NCBI GenBank assembly: GCA_973895155.1
Contig: OZ316894.1
Location: 21,237,867-21,301,866 of the forward strand
Reading direction: 5' to 3'
Origin: Marsupella aquatica
Lineage: Eukaryota > Plantae > Marchantiophyta
Length of the DNA stretch: 64,000 nucleotides
The notes beneath the pieces are model-generated. The model searched no databases and had not been told where the DNA came from. It saw only the letters and a program-made list of their open reading frames with translations. Of this stretch, positions 59,600 through 64,000 are shown in pieces (the stretch's first letter is position 1; each line of letters starts with the position of its first letter). The position numbers and the translations under genes are program-made.

Positions 59600-61030
59600 G
59601 GATCATCATTTCATTAATCCACAAATTACTTGATTCTCACACTCCCCAACTACATTAGAAACACAATGATATCTAGAGTAAGAGAGAGTAGGCACCAACA
59701 ACTAAGCAATAGATTCCAAGCTTCACATACTGATTGGTTGATTTGAACCAGACTCTGATTAATCCATACATCACTTTGATGCTCCCACTCCCAAAATACA
59801 TTACAAACGCAAGGATTTCTAGAGAGAGAGGGGGACAGTAGACACCCAACTTTAAGCAATAGATTCCAAGCTTCACAAACTGACTGGTGCATTGAACCAG
59901 ATTACTGTCATTCTCTAACTACATTACAAAGGCAAGCATTTCTAGAGAGAGAGAGACACACACACAAACACACACACCTAAGCAATTGATTCCAACCTTC
60001 ACAACTGATTAGTTGATTGACCCAGATTCTGATTAACCCATACTAGTATGATACTCACGCTCCCCAACTACATTAGAAGCACAAGAATATCTAGAGTTAG
60101 AGAGAGTAGACCCCTAACACTACGCCATAGATTCCAAGCTTCACAAACTGATTGGTTATCGAACCAGATTCTGATCAACCCATACATTCCTGTGATTCTC
60201 ACATTAACTACATCACAAACTCAAGGATTTTTAGAGAGAGAGACACCCACCACTAAGCAATAGATTCCAAGCTTCACAAACTGATTGGTTGATTGAACCA
60301 GATTCTGATTAACCCATACATTACTGTGATACTCAGACTCCCTAACTACATTACAAACGAACGGTTTGTAGAGAGAGAGACACACATACCTACCACTAAG
60401 CAATAGATTCCAAGCTTCACAAAAACAGATTAGTTGATTGACCCAGTTCTGATTACTCCACAAGTTCCATTATTCTCACGTTCCCCAACTACATTAGAAA
60501 CACAAAATCTAGAGTTAGAGAGTGTAGACCCCAACTTTAAGCAATAGATTCCAAGCTTCACAAACTGATTGGTTCGTTGAACCAGATTTTGATTAACCCA
60601 TACATTACTGTGATTCTCACACTAACTACATCACGAACTCAAGGGTTTTTAGAGAGAGAGCGAGAGAGAGAGAGAGAGGCACCCACCACTAAGCAATAGA
60701 TTCCAAGCTTCACTAACTGATTGGCTGATTGAACCAAATTCTGATCAATCCATACATTACTTTGATGCTCCTACTCCCAACTACTTTACAAACACAAGGA
60801 TTTCTAGAGAGAGAGAGATACACCCACCGCTAAGCAATAGATTCCAAGCTTCACAAACAGATTAGTTGATTGACCCAGATTCTGATTAATCCACACATTA
60901 TGTTATTCTCACGTTCCCCAACTACATTAGAAACACAAGGATGTCTAGAGTTAGAGAGAGTAGACCCCCAACTTTAAGCAATAGATTCCAAGCTTCACAA
61001 ACTGATTGGTTCATTGAACCAGATTCTTCA
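59600..61030. repeat. Tandem repeat, about 10 copies of ~140 bp containing (GA)n, with trimeric higher-order structure
   Basis: aagcaatagattccaagcttcac recurs every ~130-150 bp from 59704 to 60976. Confidence 0.93.
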
Positions 61031-62883
61031 TCAGAAAAGAGAGCTGATATGAAGAGTGAATTTCTTCCAAGTGGTCTGAAATGTATGTAATCATTCTATA
61101 CCGTACGGATTCCAACCAATCCCCTTCTTGGAGGTGACAAAGATACTTAAGATGGCTTCTATTCCATGCATAAGTGAATAACCTAGCGTTTGTGGGGCAC
61201 ATCTACTCTAATGGAGTGGTAGGGCCACTTTCAAGTGACCACAGAATGTCTAGAATGTGGTTTATTTTTAGTACTGTATAGCAATATTCTTCGCTTTACT
61301 TTACAGAATTGTTCCAAACTGATTTGTTTGAGATAAAGGGAATCTACAAAAGAAAATGTATGTATCGATTCTGTTCTAACTTCCATATTAATATCTTCAT
61401 TTCCTTGGTGATATCATCGAATATTTTTTTCATGTTTAGTTACTAGACTCGATCTAAGTCCAATCTCCTCAGTAAATATTACATAGGAATGCTGTTTTAT
61501 ATCTTCGGTAAAATTAAGTTTGGATTCTCAATCTATTACATCACAGCTACTCTACCTTTTTGCAGATAATTCCAGTCACTTTGGGATTGATACTAATTCA
61601 AAAACCACTACATATAGACCTGGCCAATATGTTTCTTCAACCATTGTGTTGACAAAGATTCTGATCTGCTGATCTCATCAACATCAATGATATTTAAGAT
61701 TGGATTATGCTCCCGTGAATATCGATTGAAAGTCTTCACCATCCCTGTTCGTTTCCTGGTTTTACTCTAAAATACATCTATTTATATTGACATTCGTCAA
61801 GAAAGCTGCTTATCCGGATCTCTAATCAAAGGGTAGCGCAGATCATTTGTAAGCCATCTTTAAAACCTCATATAATGCAAGAACCCTGGTGAATGTTATT
61901 TGGATAGAGAATAGACGAATATAGTCTATCTAGGATCTATTGGTGCTGTGCAAAATACCTATAGTAATGCTCAGATGGACCACTCCCAGGAACCTTGCAA
62001 CCTGGATGGCGCAGTTACTTCCAACCAGGAAAAAAATGATTGTTTTGGAAAGGGAAAGTGCTATCTGAGTACAAAATAGTTTGTCTTCAGTCCAACTGGG
62101 TTAAGCTGGTCCATCCAGGCATTTTGTCAAACGTTTAGGTCCAGGGGGGCTTCAGTTTCACAATGTACCTCTGGCCACGTGACTAAACTAGAGTGTAATT
62201 AGTGTTGCTTTGACTTTCATAGCTTGCAACATACGTATAAGGGAGAGCTGCCATGCACGAGAGATAATGATAAAAGACAGTCAAATGGATGAAATAGAAA
62301 CCCAGATAGGTTCTGGGTTTTTATAATGACTTCCCCCATCCTTTGGATAAAGTTGAGAAGTTTGAGTGTGTTCTATCTCTCTCACCAGATAGGCGATAAG
62401 GTGGCATGCTGGGGCAGACTTTTGTAGCTCTCTATGTTTGGCTCTTGGTAACGTGATACAGCTTCTCTCCAGTGCTCCCATGCTCTCGAGGAGGGAGGGA
62501 GAAAGGCATACAGCTGGAGACCCACCCACCACTTCTCATTTGGGTGTTGCTGATATGGAGTCCCCTCTGTCACTTGTGAACTGTTGTAGTGGACTCTAAA
62601 TTGGCTCCATTGTTGTGAAATTACAAATGAAATGAGATTTTGAACTTTTTTACTCTTTCTCTGTGTCTCTCAGAAAAAAGTGGCAGGCTGATTAGGCAAT
62701 TTTCACTAGCCATATATGACATGAAACAACTTTTTCTTGGCTCTGTCTGTCTCTCCAATGTTTCCATACAGTAAGGGTAGACTTTAAATATATCCTACCT
62801 CCTATCAAAATTTGACCATAATTGTAGTTTATCCACAAAATTCTCAAGGCCTCTGTTAGAATTGCCCATGACTATCTTGTATG

Positions 62884-63436
62884 GTTTTAAGGGGCTGTAA
62901 TTGTAGATATGTTCCACCAGAGCTGGAAGCTCATTTTCCATCACTCTCACTCCATCCAAGTTTGGCGTCCAATTCCTTGAGGAAGTTGGTTGACAAGCAC
63001 AGCACATGAATAGGAGTGTTATCCCTTTTACACTTCATGATCCACCAATGCGGCATGGATGACACCTCCCACTAGAATTGAACAAGAGTGGCCAAAGATA
63101 TACCTGTCAACTTTGATGGGCCTTACAAATTGCATGAGTTGCTTGATTGTAGTTTCTACTGTTCTACAATTGTAGCACCCATACCTACTTTTTTATGATT
63201 TTCTTTCCCGGTTTTAAGGGCGTTACTTGTAGACATATTCCACAAACTTCACTCCATCCAAGTGTGAAGTCCAATTCCTGGGGAAGCTGGTTGACAAGCA
63301 CAGCCCATGAATAGGAGTGCATTCCCTTTCAGACTTCATGATAGACCAATGCTGCATGGACAACACATCCCACTAGGATTGAGTGGGAATGGCAAAACTC
63401 ATACATGTCAGCTTTGGTGGCCTTAAGAATTGCATG
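62884..63436. repeat. Diverged tandem duplication (~330-bp period)
   Basis: 62884-63137 aligns with 63211-63436 (cactccatccaagt..ttgacaagcacagc.catgaataggagtg..cccactag). Confidence 0.8.
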
Positions 63437-64000
63437 TAAACAGCGCAAATGGAAAACCTGTTCTTGAAGGTCAGAGATTCCATGATGGCCCAAAAGACAT
63501 AACTCCTGGGATGTTTTTAAATAAAGTTTGAGAGGTTTTCGTGACTTAAAAGAAGCAAGGCATTACACTCACTAGTCAATTGGAAAGAAATTCTGCCAAG
63601 AGGTATACAGTAGCAAGAATTGATAAGTTGCATGCAATTGGATATGATGGTATAGTTGACAATGATTGTAAATATCTATCTACTCAATCATGGTTCAGGC
63701 TAAGGTGGAAGTATAATACGACCATCTTCATAGTGGATAGTATAATACGACCAAAACCTGGAAAGTTTATCCAATCACCCAATGCTCTTGTATTGATACC
63801 ATGAGGAAGCTCACAAGCAACCACACGTAACAGTTGGATATTGTGGTAAAGTAACCACAGGAGTAATGTGACTATTGGAGTATGAAATATGATTGCATGA
63901 ACATGTCCTTCCACCAAAGGAATCTTCATGTTCCAGCTGGTCCTTAAAACTATTCAACACCATGTGAGAGGGCAACAGTCTTGGAAACGGGTATTGATTT

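Overview
Eukaryotic land-plant nuclear DNA with GT-AG introns, CpG-decayed repeats and plant gene families. A hydrolase-NB-ARC-LRR gene together with a DYW-type PPR editing factor points to a bryophyte, probably a non-marchantiid liverwort (inference). Apparently intact genes: a small zinc-ribbon protein, NF-YC, a PLS-DYW PPR protein, a PGRL2-like gene (7 exons) and TXNL4B/DIM1B (4 exons). Damaged genes: a frameshifted alpha/beta-hydrolase NLR, a 5-exon 3' fragment of MCM4 directly behind the PPR gene, and a MIC10 retrocopy. Mobile DNA: a young Copia element with non-canonical termini and a duplicated RNase H motif, a Myb-only PIF/Harbinger element, a mini-Helitron family, a solo LTR, MITE-like elements and at least seven tandem-repeat arrays. 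All identifications come from motif recognition by eye. No database search or alignment software was run.
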